Origin: Octopus sinensis
Taxonomy: Eukaryota
Assembly (NCBI RefSeq): GCF_006345805.1
Contig: NC_043000.1
Location: 54,312,001 to 54,376,000, forward strand
Direction of reading: 5' to 3'
DNA: 64,000 bases
Shown here: piece by piece, positions 39,993 to 50,758 of the stretch
Numbering within the stretch: position 1 is the stretch's first letter
Layout: every line of letters starts with the position of its first letter
Program-made: the position numbers and the translations under genes
Notes under the pieces: model-generated
Database searches by the model: none
Seen by the model: only the letters and a program-made list of their open reading frames with translations
What the model was told of the DNA's origin: nothing

Positions 39993-41493
39993 TAACAACA
40001 TCGAAAAATACCTTGGGAATGAGAATCCAGGTTTGAAATTTCCCCAAGACATATGATGAAGGCTGGAGGTTATATCAGCTGAAATGTTGTGTTAGCAAAA
40101 ATCAAGATGTGGACAAATATCCATCAAATGTAAATAATGTAAATAATGTTAATGTAAGATATTTTATCATTTAAGGCCAAATAAATATGCTATGAAATGC
40201 TGCAATGTTTCTGTTTGTGAGAGAATTTACCAATGAAGACATGAACAGGATATTATTAAGAACTAAGTTGAATTTGCAGTATACTTTGAGATTTTGAAAT
40301 ATATATCATCATTATAGACATTACATAACACCATATATTGTCATCAATACCAACGAAAAGTTATAATCACTAAATTTAAGCCAGAATGAAATTTCTCTTC
40401 TTAATGTTTGATTTTGTAATGTTATTGATCATCGAAATCAATTATTTCTCTCCAGCAACTGGATGAATATTATTCCCATTGCTTCTTATCATTCATCTTT
40501 GGATGCTCAAACTTCAGTTTAGCAATTGTACCAAAATTCCATTTCCTTCTCCTTCAGCGTCATACTCTGTTTCTTTTCCAGTCTATCAAATTCCAATCTG
40601 TCAACTTTTACGTCAATCAGTTGTCACTCGTCCTTTCCACATGTTCAACCCAACCTAGATTTCAATGATTTCATGAACCTAACAATGGCATATAATTTTA
40701 TTTGTTTTCAGATCCATTACATTGTCATAAGGTCTTTCTATGTAATTCCTTGTATAATGCATTTGTGCATATATAGAGCTGTTATTAGCTTGCTTCTTAG
40801 TTCTTTTGTCATATTCTATGTTTCTTCCCCAAAGTAACAATTGACATCCATTTTAAAAGAAATTCAAAGACAAAGTAAATGAAAGAGAAGAACAAAAACT
40901 TAATTTAGGATGTGAAACAATTCAGTGTCTGTTCGTTAGTTTTACTAATAAATGTAAATGTCTCATCTAATTAGAAAATAATTAGCTTTTGTCTGACTAA
41001 GCATCTCTTTCACCACCTGCAAATAATATTCAGGTTGTACATGTATTCTTAATGTATTCTTAAGGTCTACTAGACTGGCTTAAATGAATAATCTTACACA
41101 AATCCAAAGATTCATATTTTGTATTCTTATCATTTTCTCTACTTTTTCAAAATACTGTGGGATGACCTTATTGAAACATTAACAGAAACCTTCTCACTTC
41201 AAATTGTTTAAAAGATAAACTATATTAGTTCAAAAATGTATGAAAATTTATTAAATAACATCTCATTTCCTAATTTCATCTACCTCCATATGCCATAAGC
41301 AGTACTTATCAAAGAACGCAATGAGCTTGAAGCTTAGAGTAATATACAAATTAAAATAAAATTACGTAGACTAACTGAATTAAATACAGCTTGAGACTTA
41401 TCACGTTAAAAATATGTATGTATGAGGACACTTACGTGTTCCTGGTAACTAGGTTTACAAATCCTCTGGTGCATGAGCACATATCTCAGTAAC
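19541..41493 (-). CDS. Candidate spliced host-gene exons (41493-41436, 22266-22206, 21458-21406, 20070-19965, 19640-~19541), possibly RhoGAP-like
   Basis: Splice phases chain in frame (0,1,0,1) to give [99 protein letters not shown]..; one donor is a weak GC; found by eye. Confidence 0.3.
20660..21048 (-). mobile_element. RTE LINE 3' UTR fragment
   Basis: (CAT)n tail plus GATGCCCTTCCTAACGCCA motif shared with the 53608 copy. Confidence 0.75.
22858..24844 (+). mobile_element. Gag/ORF1-only non-autonomous retroelement (L1/Tx1-like ORF1)
   Basis: Flanked by 13-bp TSD AAGTAGCTTGCTT (22845-22857, 24845-24857); ends ..TATGAAATAA; no RT or endonuclease coding visible. Confidence 0.75.
23298..24417 (+). 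pseudogene. Frameshifted ORF1/gag-like nucleic-acid-binding protein with CCHC zinc knuckle
   Basis: ORFs 23298-23861 and 23641-24285 overlap in different frames; [22 protein letters not shown] is CX2CX4HX4C, followed by a basic KKRKKRRQK tract; a further frame continues to ..EECRM*. Confidence 0.7.
25050..25363. repeat. Imperfect fold-back/MITE-like element (about 105-bp arms)
   Basis: TTTGCTAGAAAGAGGAG..CCTTACCTTTGCAAAA pairs with TTTTGCAAAGGTAAGG..CTCCTCTTTCTAGCAAA. Confidence 0.7.
25469..25800 (-). mobile_element. Tc1-like transposon 3' end
   Basis: Minus strand [29 protein letters not shown]; terminal TA|CAGGGGTTGTACAAAATAATGGAAACAC inside (TA)n. Confidence 0.85.
26218..26390 (-). pseudogene. 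PLE reverse-transcriptase thumb fragment
   Basis: [45 protein letters not shown] matches the PLE RT C-terminal pattern. Confidence 0.8.
26387..26589 (+). pseudogene. PLE GIY-YIG endonuclease C-terminal fragment
   Basis: [41 protein letters not shown]; homologous to 33900-34150. Confidence 0.8.
27095..27442. repeat. Near-perfect fold-back (about 123-bp arms plus inner hairpin) in (TA)n, with about 30-bp one-sided extension
   Basis: 27126-27248 is the reverse complement of 27319-27442; inner hairpin at 27268-27322. Confidence 0.85.
28910..29317 (+). mobile_element. SINE family A, full-length
   Basis: GGCGTAGGAGTGGCTGTGTGG head through AGTAAAAGAGTAAAGAG tail. Confidence 0.9.
30327..30502 (-). 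mobile_element. SINE family B (internally deleted)
   Basis: Reverse complement of CTGGCAGAAAC..GAGTTCAAATTCC head and AGCCCCTTGTG tail; see 50759. Confidence 0.75.
31890..32245 (+). mobile_element. Two tandem partial SINE family B copies
   Basis: GAGTTCAAATTC B-box and CTTTGCCTTTCAT core occur twice. Confidence 0.75.
32848..33048. repeat. Short fold-back (58-bp arms) with 3' extension and split HHR relic
   Basis: 32848-32905 pairs with 32921-32976; reverse strand reads UGACGA-ACG(GGAA)CGU-GAAA-CUC; flanked by (TA)n. Confidence 0.7.
33770..34160 (+). pseudogene. PLE GIY-YIG endonuclease domain (one frameshift)
   Basis: [46 protein letters not shown]../..[17 protein letters not shown]. Confidence 0.85.
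34180..34513 (-). mobile_element. tRNA-headed, hammerhead-bearing SINE family H, copy 1
   Basis: Reverse complement: GGGCATATGACGTAGTGGTT..GAGTTCGATTCC-(AAT)n-..CACCTGATAAAGGCTGGAGGGTATATCAGCCAAAACATTGTG..CATCTCTTAAATATAGAACT. Confidence 0.8.
36429..36880. mobile_element. TTAA-type MITE with a nested piggyBac-like MITE (36460-36681)
   Basis: Inner element TTAA|CCCTTTCATTAC..GTAACGAAAGGG|TTAA; outer diverged ends CCTTTTAGCA / TGCTAGGCAG|TTAA. Confidence 0.65.
37643..37982 (+). mobile_element. tRNA-derived SINE family D
   Basis: GAAGGCACATGGCTCAGTGGCTAGAGC..GAGTTTAATTCC head; related head at 58172. Confidence 0.7.
38103..38320 (+). mobile_element. SINE family B, diverged
   Basis: CTTTGCCTTTCATC..GGGTTGATGAAATAAGCACCAG core. 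Confidence 0.65.
38825..39215 (-). mobile_element. SINE family A, diverged
   Basis: TTCAGTTTCCGTCTA..CACAAGGCTTTGGTC..CACTTGCCCAA motifs. Confidence 0.65.
39514..40148 (+). mobile_element. SINE family H, copy 2, with expanded (AAT/GAT)n
   Basis: A box TGGTGTAGTGG, B box GAGTTCGATTCC (39564-39575), about 400-bp microsatellite, HHR relic 40050-40091, (TGTAAATAA)n tail. Confidence 0.8.
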
Positions 41494-42144
41494 CTAATAA
41501 ACTGATATGAAATTATGCACAGTAAATGAATTAAAACCACTATGAGGCATACATTTTAAGACAAATATAATATTTATAATATAAATTATTTATATTTTAA
41601 GATATATGCTTCAAGATCTTTTCAATTCATTTAGTCTGAGAAATATTAATTTAGAAATATTTTTTAAATATTGATTTAAATATCATTCTTACCATCAAAT
41701 TTATTGGATCCTTCTCTAGATTCTACTGTGCAAAATGTTTTCATGCAGTATTTTTGAGAAATAGTTATATGTATTTCAAGTTTGGATTTTATCTGAATTT
41801 GCTGATTTACTTAATTGTATTATATCTGTGTACAAAAAGAATGAATTCAAATGTTATAGTGGTAGTGTATCTATTTCGTGACTTGTTTATGCAATGGCTT
41901 GTGTACAAAATGGTATTTCTGTTTAGTGGCTTGTCTATGGAGCCACTTGTCTACATTTGCCTCAGAATGGTCTATCTACATAGTGGCCTGTTTATGAAGT
42001 AACCTGTTTAGAAAATGCTTTGTCTCTGTTGTGGCATGTTGTGTTATATGACTTTTATCACATAGGTGTATATTATATATTTAGCTGTCCTTGAATTCAT
42101 TTTCATTTGATAGCTGAGCGATGAAGTTCTTGATTAGTCTATAC

Positions 42145-42368
42145 CAGGGGTGGGCAAACTACGGCCCGCGGGCGCATGCAGCCCGCCATAGGTTTTCATG
42201 CGGCCCGCCGAGAGGAATATTTCACAAAATTTCCTTTCAATCAATTGTGTGTTTATAAGTCTATAACCGCTTTTAAAAATATTTCCACTTGATTTTTATA
42301 AATGAGGCCCGCCAAGGTTCCAAAGACGCACTGTGCGGCCCGCGATCAACAAAGTTCACCCACCCCTG
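42145..42368. mobile_element. hAT (Charlie/Buster-like) MITE
   Basis: TIRs CAGGGGTGGGCAAACT / AGTTCACCCACCCCTG; perfect 8-bp TSD GTCTATAC (42137-42144, 42369-42376). Confidence 0.92.
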
Positions 42369-42841
42369 GTCTATACACACCAGTATTTATACACCTAGTG
42401 TCCAGAAAGATATGTATTCCAACAAATATTACCCATTTTAAATTCATATTATATATTACATATTATACTATATTATATTACATATCACTAGTATTCTTAT
42501 ATTTTTTCAGTCGTTCCCTTAATTAGACTGGGACAATGCACATTGAAGGATTAAATTAATCAAACCATCCCTAGATATTTATTTTAAGTCTCATAATTAT
42601 TTTATTGGCTCTCTTGAAACCAAAGAGCTAAGTTAGAGGGGTGCAACCAAAGCAAGAACTATGACAGACAGATAGAAACACAGAGTTGTGCAGACACATA
42701 TATAAAATTGTATTTCTATGCAATGATATAAATATTCTGTTTAAGATGCATACACAACATTAAGAATGACAAACAAGGAAATCCGAGTGAGAGAACTAGG
42801 TGGAATTTAAACATAATTGTTAGCATTCTACTACTACTATC

Positions 42842-43578
42842 AGATTGGAGCCTGGTGCAGCCATCTGGCTTACCAGTCCTCAGTCAAACAGTTCAACCCA
42901 TGCCAGCATGGAAAGCAGACGTTAAACAATGATGTTGATGATGATGATGATGAAAATGATGATGAAATATGCTGTGCTTGAGAAGACCCAGCAAGCCAAG
43001 TGAGACCATAATCTGTGGTCTATGCCAGTGGTATAACTAGCCCATTTATGCATACCTTTCCTGCATTGGACACTAAACTCTGCTTGAGGCAAGTGAAAGC
43101 AAAATCAAAATTCGATGACAGCATCACATGACTGGAAACCATGCTAGTGGAGCAATAAGAGCACCATCTGAGAGTGATCATTGCTAGGACCACTGACTGG
43201 CTCCCATGCCGGTGGCATGTAAAAAGCACCATGTGAGCGTGATCGCTACCAGCATCGCCTTACTGGCACTTGTGCCGGTGGCAGGTGAAAAACAACATTT
43301 CAGCGAGGTCATTCCAAGTGCCACTGGACTGGCTCCTGTGCAGGTGACATGTAAAAAAAACACCATTTGAGCAAGTCTGTTGCCAGTACCACCTGACAAG
43401 CCCTCGTGTCAGTGGCACATAGAAGCACCCACTACACTCTTGGCGTTAGGAAGGGCACCCAGCTCTAGGAACTCTGCCAGATCAGATTAGAGCCTGGTGC
43501 AGCCATCTGGTTTTCCAGTCATCATCCAACCCATACCAGCATGAAAAGCAGACATTAGACAATGATGATGATGATGAT
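42842..43578 (+). mobile_element. Two tandem RTE LINE 3' ends
   Basis: GAGCCTGGTGCAGCCATCTGG..(GAT)n occurs twice; the second copy carries the long repetitive 3' UTR. Confidence 0.75.
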
Positions 43579-43688
43579 TTTATATACACACACACACACA
43601 CACACATATATATGAGTGGTCTAAGAGATCATAAGTCAGGGAGAAGATGCACTCATATAACTGTTAGTAGAGAGGGTATATAACCTGA

Positions 43689-43920
43689 ATATTATAGTAT
43701 CCATCACAGCTAGTCTTACCAATCGGTTTCACACAAAAAATACAATGGAGAGTTTGGTAACTATCCAGTTATATAAATACACTCATCAGAGGTAGCTGAC
43801 AAGGAAGGGAATATGATGAGCATATTTATATAACTGGATTCTTACCTAACACTCCATTGCATTTTTTGCATGCAACTGATTCGTAAGACCAACCATGATG
43901 GATTCTTAATACTATAATAT
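43689..43920. repeat. Degenerate fold-back with minus-strand HHR motif (43707-43798)
   Basis: Arms 43689-43788 / 43814-43920; reverse strand CUGAUGA..GAAA-CCGAUUGG-UA. Confidence 0.65.
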
Positions 43921-43932
43921 TCAGATTATATG

Positions 43933-43985
<53 letters not shown>

Positions 43986-44002
43986 GCGCGTGCGTGCACA
44001 CA

Positions 44003-44888
44003 AAGGGTGTGATGAATATTGTGGAATCTAAATTATGCAAAAGTGAAAATAACACTCTCATCCCGTTGTAACAAGTATATTTACCAAAATTACATAAATT
44101 TATCTTGAAATACTATAGAGTAAATTTATTCAATGAAATCACAATTCGCTTCAATCACAGCTTCCAGACAACTTCAGAATCTCCTCCAACTCTTCTGGAC
44201 GGTTTCCTTGTTTAAGTTGGTGAATGCTGCCATAATCCTGGCCTTTAGTTGCTTTTTGGTATTGCAAGATTTGTTGGTCGCTCACTCAAATGTGCCCCAC
44301 ACATAATAATCAAGGGAGGTTGCAGTCTAGGAAGTTAGGTGGCCAGATGTTAAGGTGATGCAGTTGCAGAAATAGTCTCATAGCCTTGACTGGCTTCTCC
44401 AGTCATGCTTGTGTGGCATGGTGCAGAGTCCCATTGCCAGACATAGTGTTTTCCAGTAGCCACCCTCTTGACTCAGGGCAGCACTACCTCCACTAGGCAC
44501 TTGATGTAGGCCTCTGTGTTGGGTCTGAGGCCTTGTGGAAAGATGAATGGAGGCATAACATCACCATCACTAATGATTACTCCAAACACCATGATGTTGA
44601 GTGGACATTTGATTTTCATCACTCTCAGTACACGTCCTCAGATTGCACTGTCCTTAGATTGACACCCAAACACTCTGGAATATTTGTACTGAAGTTTCTA
44701 GTGCTAATACCAAGTAGTATGGCATGTCATTTCCAAATATCTGGCAAAATGAATTGCATTATGATGCTATCTCTCCCACAAACAGTGCCCAGATAACCCT
44801 ACTATACTCTCTCATCAATGAAATCAAAAACAATGTGCATGTGTGAAATTACAAACTGAAAATTACGATAATTTATCAATTGCACCCA

Positions 44889-44889
<1 letters not shown>
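44003..44889 (-). mobile_element. Second internally deleted DD37D (maT-type) transposon
   Basis: Homologous to 15465-16303 over the transposase C-terminus and both ends. Confidence 0.8.
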
Positions 44890-44933
<44 letters not shown>

Positions 44934-45861
44934 TATAAATATATATACACATATATGCACAAAAAACACACATATAAGAATGTGTCTTTCAATTTCTGTC
45001 TATCAAATCTATGCATTTAGGCTTTGATTGGCCTGGAGCTATAGTGGAAGAAACTTAGATTAAGCACCATGCAATGAAACTGAACTAGACAGCAAGCTAT
45101 TGGAAAGGGAACTTCTTAACCAGAATGTCTCACCATATTAGCTCCTATGTATTCCTGCAAATAACAATATCAGCAACTCATTATAATGATTATAATTTTG
45201 TTGAGGCTTACCAGCATATATATGTAATGTGATAAGTTGAATGAAGAAATACACTTTTAGAATTATGGATAATGATATTTATGAAGAATATGGCTTTTAG
45301 ATTGTGAAATGTTAAGGAAGATTTTCATCAGAAATAAGAAAAAAAATGATTATATATTTATATTACAACTGACCAATTCGAACTGTGGAGAGACATTATC
45401 AAATGTCTTCAAGCCATTCTATCCTTTTCACACTCATTGCATGCATTGCATTATACAATACTGCTTCTCTTTACATGACACTGGTGTCTAATCTAAATGA
45501 TATTTTTTGAAGTATTTGTGGCTGTCGGAGCACCATGTAAAGACATATTCATTGGTTCACAAGTGCACATATAACTATATATGGCAACAAGTAATAACAA
45601 ATGCACTCAAAATTCACAATAAATTGTTTCAAACATTATATTTTAGCACAAAATAGGAAGGAGAGATGAGATGAAATAGCTGAAAATGATTTAACATTTT
45701 TATTTCTATGTGTAAATCTTCAAAACAGCATGAATCACCATCAGTAAAGTTATTTCAATGTGATATTGTCATATTCTGATAATACCTTTATATATATATA
45801 TGTAATTTATTTATATATATTTATATATAATAATAATAATTTATATATATTATGTATTTAT

Positions 45862-46075
45862 GTATATAGTATGGATATATATGTGTATGTATTTATATAT
45901 ATAGTATGGATATATATGTGTATGTATTTATATATATAAAATGGATATATGTGTATGTATTTATATATATAAAATGGATATATATGTGTATGTATTTATA
46001 TATATAATGTGGATATATATGTGTATGTATATATATATAATATGGATATATATGTGTATGTGTATATATATGAAT
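45862..46075. repeat. About 33-36-bp minisatellite built from TA/TG microsatellite
   Basis: About 6 copies of TATAGTATGGATATATATGTGTATGTATTTATA-like units. Confidence 0.8.
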
Positions 46076-46140
46076 ATTACATACACATATACATATGTAT
46101 CTATATACCAATGCACACACGTGTATGTGTGTACTTATGC

Positions 46141-46181
<41 letters not shown>

Positions 46182-46700
46182 TGTATATTTATATATATAC
46201 ATATATTTATGTGCACATGTTATATATTTATATCACTGGCAAAAATGGTGCATGAAAAATAGCAACATTGTTTTCCTTTAACAATATCTGAAATAGCACA
46301 GTATGAATTATTATAAGTTCATCTAAATTATATGAAATCATAGACATGTTGCATTGTGTGATAGAGATAGGGGAACAATATTATATTGCCCTTCTATATC
46401 ACGAATCCTATTCCTATAACCACACCTACTATTTTTGCACGAAATCTTTTGTCACATGAAAGTCTCCAATAGAGACGTGTATTAATGATGATTCTCTCCA
46501 AAGATTCTCTTCAAACATTTTGAAGAATGTTAAAAATTTAATGAACCATTGTAAGGGATCACTCACTTTTTTTATGTTCTCTATTTTGGGTTGTCTAAAA
46601 GAAGTACATGAAACACATTCTGACAAATATATATACATGTATGTATGTGTGTTGGTACACATACATATAGATGTATACATACATATATATATACATATAT

Positions 46701-46744
<44 letters not shown>

Positions 46745-46819
46745 TTCTAACTTTACATACATAGATACATGCAAATATAAATAGATATATGCATATATAT
46801 GTATATATGTGCATATATA

Positions 46820-46890
<71 letters not shown>

Positions 46891-47149
46891 ATATGCATCA
46901 TCATCATTATCATATAAAATCCATTTTCCATACTGGCATTGGCTGGACGGTTTGACTGCAGCTAGCAAGGCAGAATACTGCCCTAGGCTTTACTGTCTAT
47001 TTTGGCATGGTTTTTAAGATTGGATGCCCTTCCTAACATCAACCACCCCACAGATTGGCTATATATGTATAAATATATATATATATGTATATATATGGAT
47101 GTATATTTGTATATAGGATATATATATGTGTATATGGATGTATATATGG

Positions 47150-47640
47150 ATATATGTCGCCCCTCACCTCCCCACAACATCACACCACACTACACTACAT
47201 CATACGACATTACACATCACATCACAACACACCACCCACAGCACACCGCCCATATACCCATCCCCACATCTTTACACCTCCACATACATACACATATCAT
47301 ATCACAACACACCACCCACACACCCACACATACATACATACACACGTTCAGACCACTAGCCCTCTTTCACATGCACATACATACTCTCTTATACACACAC
47401 GCACCTTCATGTTGGGGCGAAGTCACTTGACCCTGTTATCTCCCCTACTATCCCTCTAGCGTCTAACGTCTGACCTCTGACTTCTGGCTGAAATCAGAAC
47501 GCCATGTTGGACCGTTTTTTTTCTCTCCTTGTTTCTTTTCTGTGTATCTTTCTGTCGAAGAGTGTAGGCTCGAAACGTAAAAGACTTGTTTTATTTCTAT
47601 TCCTGAGCGCCATACTAATACAATTGTTTGTTTGTACATA
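47150..47640 (+). mobile_element. CA-rich PLE pseudo-LTR-like element with variant HHR (47547-47584)
   Basis: UCUUU-CUGUCGA-A-GAG(uguagg)CUC-GAAA-CG-UA-AAAGA; downstream TTCCTGAGCG motif shared with the minus-strand element at 51700-51840. Confidence 0.6.
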
Positions 47641-47666
47641 CATACACATATGTTTATATATATATA

Positions 47667-47838
47667 TCTTTTACTCTTTTACTTGTTTCAGTCATTTGAG
47701 TGTGGCATGCTGTAGCACCGCCCTTACTTGAGGAGATCGACCCCAGGGCTTATTCTCTGTAAGCCTAGTACTTATTCTATCGGTCACTTTTGCCAAAATG
47801 GCTAAGTTACGGGGACCTAAACTCACCAACATCTGTTG
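47667..47838 (-). mobile_element. SINE family A 3' part
   Basis: TTTTACTTGTTTCAGTCATTTGA..TTCTATCGGTC motifs. Confidence 0.75.
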
Positions 47839-48539
47839 TGTCAAAGTTTTTAATTTGAAAAGCTGATGCTGTTTTTGATTCTCTCCAGTAAGAATTATAA
47901 TTACATTTAAAGGTCTTTTTTTTTAATTCATTAATGTAAAGGGGAGAGAATGATTGTATGGATATGGTCAATCTTTTTTTATTAAAATTCGTTATGTTGT
48001 TTTTGATCTAGTTGTATATGGCTATGTTTTTGAAAGTAATTTTTAAGTAAGCATAGTTATGATTTTAAATACAATCTGAAAAAGTTTAAGTGTGGGAAAG
48101 GGTTTCTCAATTATAAATATGATCTGAATTTCTTTAAAAAAATCATAAATATGATCTGAGTCTAAAAAAGGGGGATGGGGAAAAAATTAAATGTCAATGA
48201 GAATATATCTTTCTTAAGTGAATATATTCACAATTATAAATACAACCTAAATCAAAGGATCAGAATCTACAAATCATAAGGAATCATAAATATAATCTGA
48301 ATAAGGGTGAGGAAGAAGCCGGAATGTACATGGAAATATACATGGTTTCATACAGGCTAGTTTAGAGAGGGCCAAATATGGGTATTATAACAATACTTCT
48401 TCCCACTCATATTTTCCCGGAATTTCGGTTGGGTATAGTATCTTGGCATGGTGTTGTACCTTCGATTTATTTATATTTGATTTGATGGAGCATCCCTGTA
48501 CATTGATATAGTTTTTTCAACTGTTTAATTTTTGTTGCA

Positions 48540-49040
48540 CTTATTTATGAAATATAGTTCCGTTGTCTTTTGGACCCTTAGGTTGTCCCTTGAATTTTCC
48601 ATCTCCACATATTTCCAAATGTTTGCTCTTTCCTTTTTCAGCCATTTTATTTTGTTAAGAACCCTTTTATGAAATATAGTACCATTGTCTTTCGGAAGTT
48701 TGGGTCTCTCCCTGAGAATTTATAGAAGGGGAAGTTCTTGAATTTTCCTTCCTCACATATATCCAAATGTTTGCTCAGTGGAATTTTCCGTAGTTCCTCC
48801 TTTCAGATTTGCAGTCTGTGGATTCTTGTGCATAGCCAAAGGTTTGCCAATTCTCCTTGCATTTGGGGCAAGTAATGCAGTATATGAGATTTTGTGTCTT
48901 GCAGTTCATATTTGCATTTAAGTTGAACGAGAACACACTCTTAAATTCTATGTGAGTGTGCTTGTCTATGTAGTTAGAAGTTGTTGTTGTTACATATTCC
49001 ACATCTGCTATATCTACATTCCTCTACGGAGAATTCTGTT
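48540..49040 (-). pseudogene. PLE GIY-YIG domain with diverged tandem duplicate of its C-terminus
   Basis: NMNCKTQNLIYCITCPKCKE..; LSKHL(D/E)IC segment occurs twice (48545-48640, 48665-48780). Confidence 0.8.
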
Positions 49041-49067
49041 TCATTCTCCAATGTGAATATTGTCTTT

Positions 49068-49418
49068 GTGAATGGTTTACCTTTCTAATTTGCTCCTCGC
49101 TAATTTGTTACTTTCTAATTTGTTCCTCTCTCTCTCTCTCCCTTTTTAAAAACGCGAAGCATACTTACTATAAACCACTTTTTTGATAAATTTGATAAAG
49201 GAAGAAAGCGCTAAAAAATGTTAATAAAATATACAATCATCCAACATTCTGACTGCCTTATTATTATCGGATTTATCAAAAAGTAGTTTACAGTAAGTTT
49301 GCTTCGCGTTTTTATAGGAAATTGAAACTAATAATGCTTTAAAAAGGGAGACAGAGAGAGGAATAAATTAGAAAGTAACAAATTAGAGACGAAGAAATTA
49401 GAAAGGAAAACCATTCAC
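49068..49418. repeat. Imperfect fold-back (about 120-bp arms)
   Basis: 49068-49190 pairs with 49271-49418 (right arm has an insertion); HHR relic GAAA-GCGC-UA near 49200-49222. Confidence 0.65.
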
Positions 49419-49534
49419 AAACACACACAGGCATTTGTTTAACCGGCACAAACATCTAACATAAAAAAAACACTTTATCAAGTATCCACAATACAAGGGA
49501 GGAGGCAGGTTACTTTTTCGGGGTATATAATATC

Positions 49535-50252
49535 TGTCCAGTAGGAGGCCGATGCGAGGCTGAAGGAGTAATCTATGAGGCTATGGTGATACCTATGCTT
49601 AATATCCCTAATAACAGTAATGTAACATTGAAGAGCAATATTATTAGCATATTAACCAGGTATCACACCAATACAGTTACCACGGCCAGAGATAATAACC
49701 AAGCCTGGAACAGTATCACAGAGAGCATCACCGGTACCACTGCCATGGATAATGAATAAACCTTACATGCAGATACAGTGATCAGTACAAACACCGCACC
49801 TAGAAATAATGATCTCTCCGACTTGGAGGAGGTATCTGCTGTTCCCATTTCCGCCACCTCAGATGAGGACTAAATATTTATCTTCGACACCGGCCCTGCA
49901 TCATATGTTACCAGGATGCGAATAGGACCACATCCCATGTTTATAAATATATTGTTTCGGCAAGTACTTCGTTCAGAAATGTTTTCTTAACCACCAGTCA
50001 TCCTTCAGAGTCCCAAGAAGACGGTTTGTCTCATCCCTATCCCGCCATGAGTGGCATCTCAAAGATCAAGGGACCCCGTGTGATGTTAAGTGGAACTTAA
50101 TTGATTATCTGGGTCTGTGTATCAACGGAAGTGGCCATTGCAAGATTTGCATCGCGGAGAGAACCAAAATTCTTAATGACTATAAGAAGCCTGGCGCATT
50201 AAACAGCCATAAAGAAATCTCCGAGTCTATAAGGTTTTCCCCCTCTGATTGA
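49535..50252 (+). pseudogene. GIY-YIG endonuclease resembling Naiad-type PLEs, with long insertion
   Basis: CPVGGRCEAEGVIYEAMV..(about 120 codons)..YKYIVSASTSF../NHQSSF..SLSRHEWHLK..WNLI..CKICIAE..LN; two stops and two frameshifts. Confidence 0.7.
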
Positions 50253-50341
50253 GGGGAAGTACTCCGTACTTATTAACGTTTTTTTGTATTCCTCGATTTC
50301 TGAGCGTTTCCTCATATAGATATTTTAAAAGTTTTCTATTC

Positions 50342-50410
50342 ATATAGAGTCTGACGAGCTCTCCACAAGGATTTGACTTTGTAGGTGCGAAACCTTGGGT
50401 AACTCTATAT
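50342..50410 (+). ncRNA. Type-I hammerhead ribozyme with canonical core
   Basis: Stem I AUAUAGAGU/ACUCUAUAU (9 bp), CUGACGA, G10.1-C11.1 stem II, GAAA, stem III A-CC(UUG)GG-U, GUA site (predicted cut after 50401). Confidence 0.85.
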
Positions 50411-50758
50411 AAAATTTTGATATAATATATATGTGTGTGTGTGTATGTTTATGTATATTTATATATGTTTATGTATTTACGTATGTTTATGTACATATAT
50501 ATATATATATATACATAAGTAGATAGAAGAACATAAATCTGTACACTCTTTAGTGCTTTATATGTGATTTTCTTACCTGATAGTAATTCCTTTGAAATAT
50601 TGAAAATATATATGATGATGTAAGGATCTCAAGCACATGCATTTCAGTATTTAATGCAACTGCTATCTTATTGAGTTCAAATTTTCCCACTCTCCTCTTT
50701 GTCTTTTATTCCTCTGAGGGCTAATAACGTGAGGTATTAGGCAGGTACTAGGGTTGAT

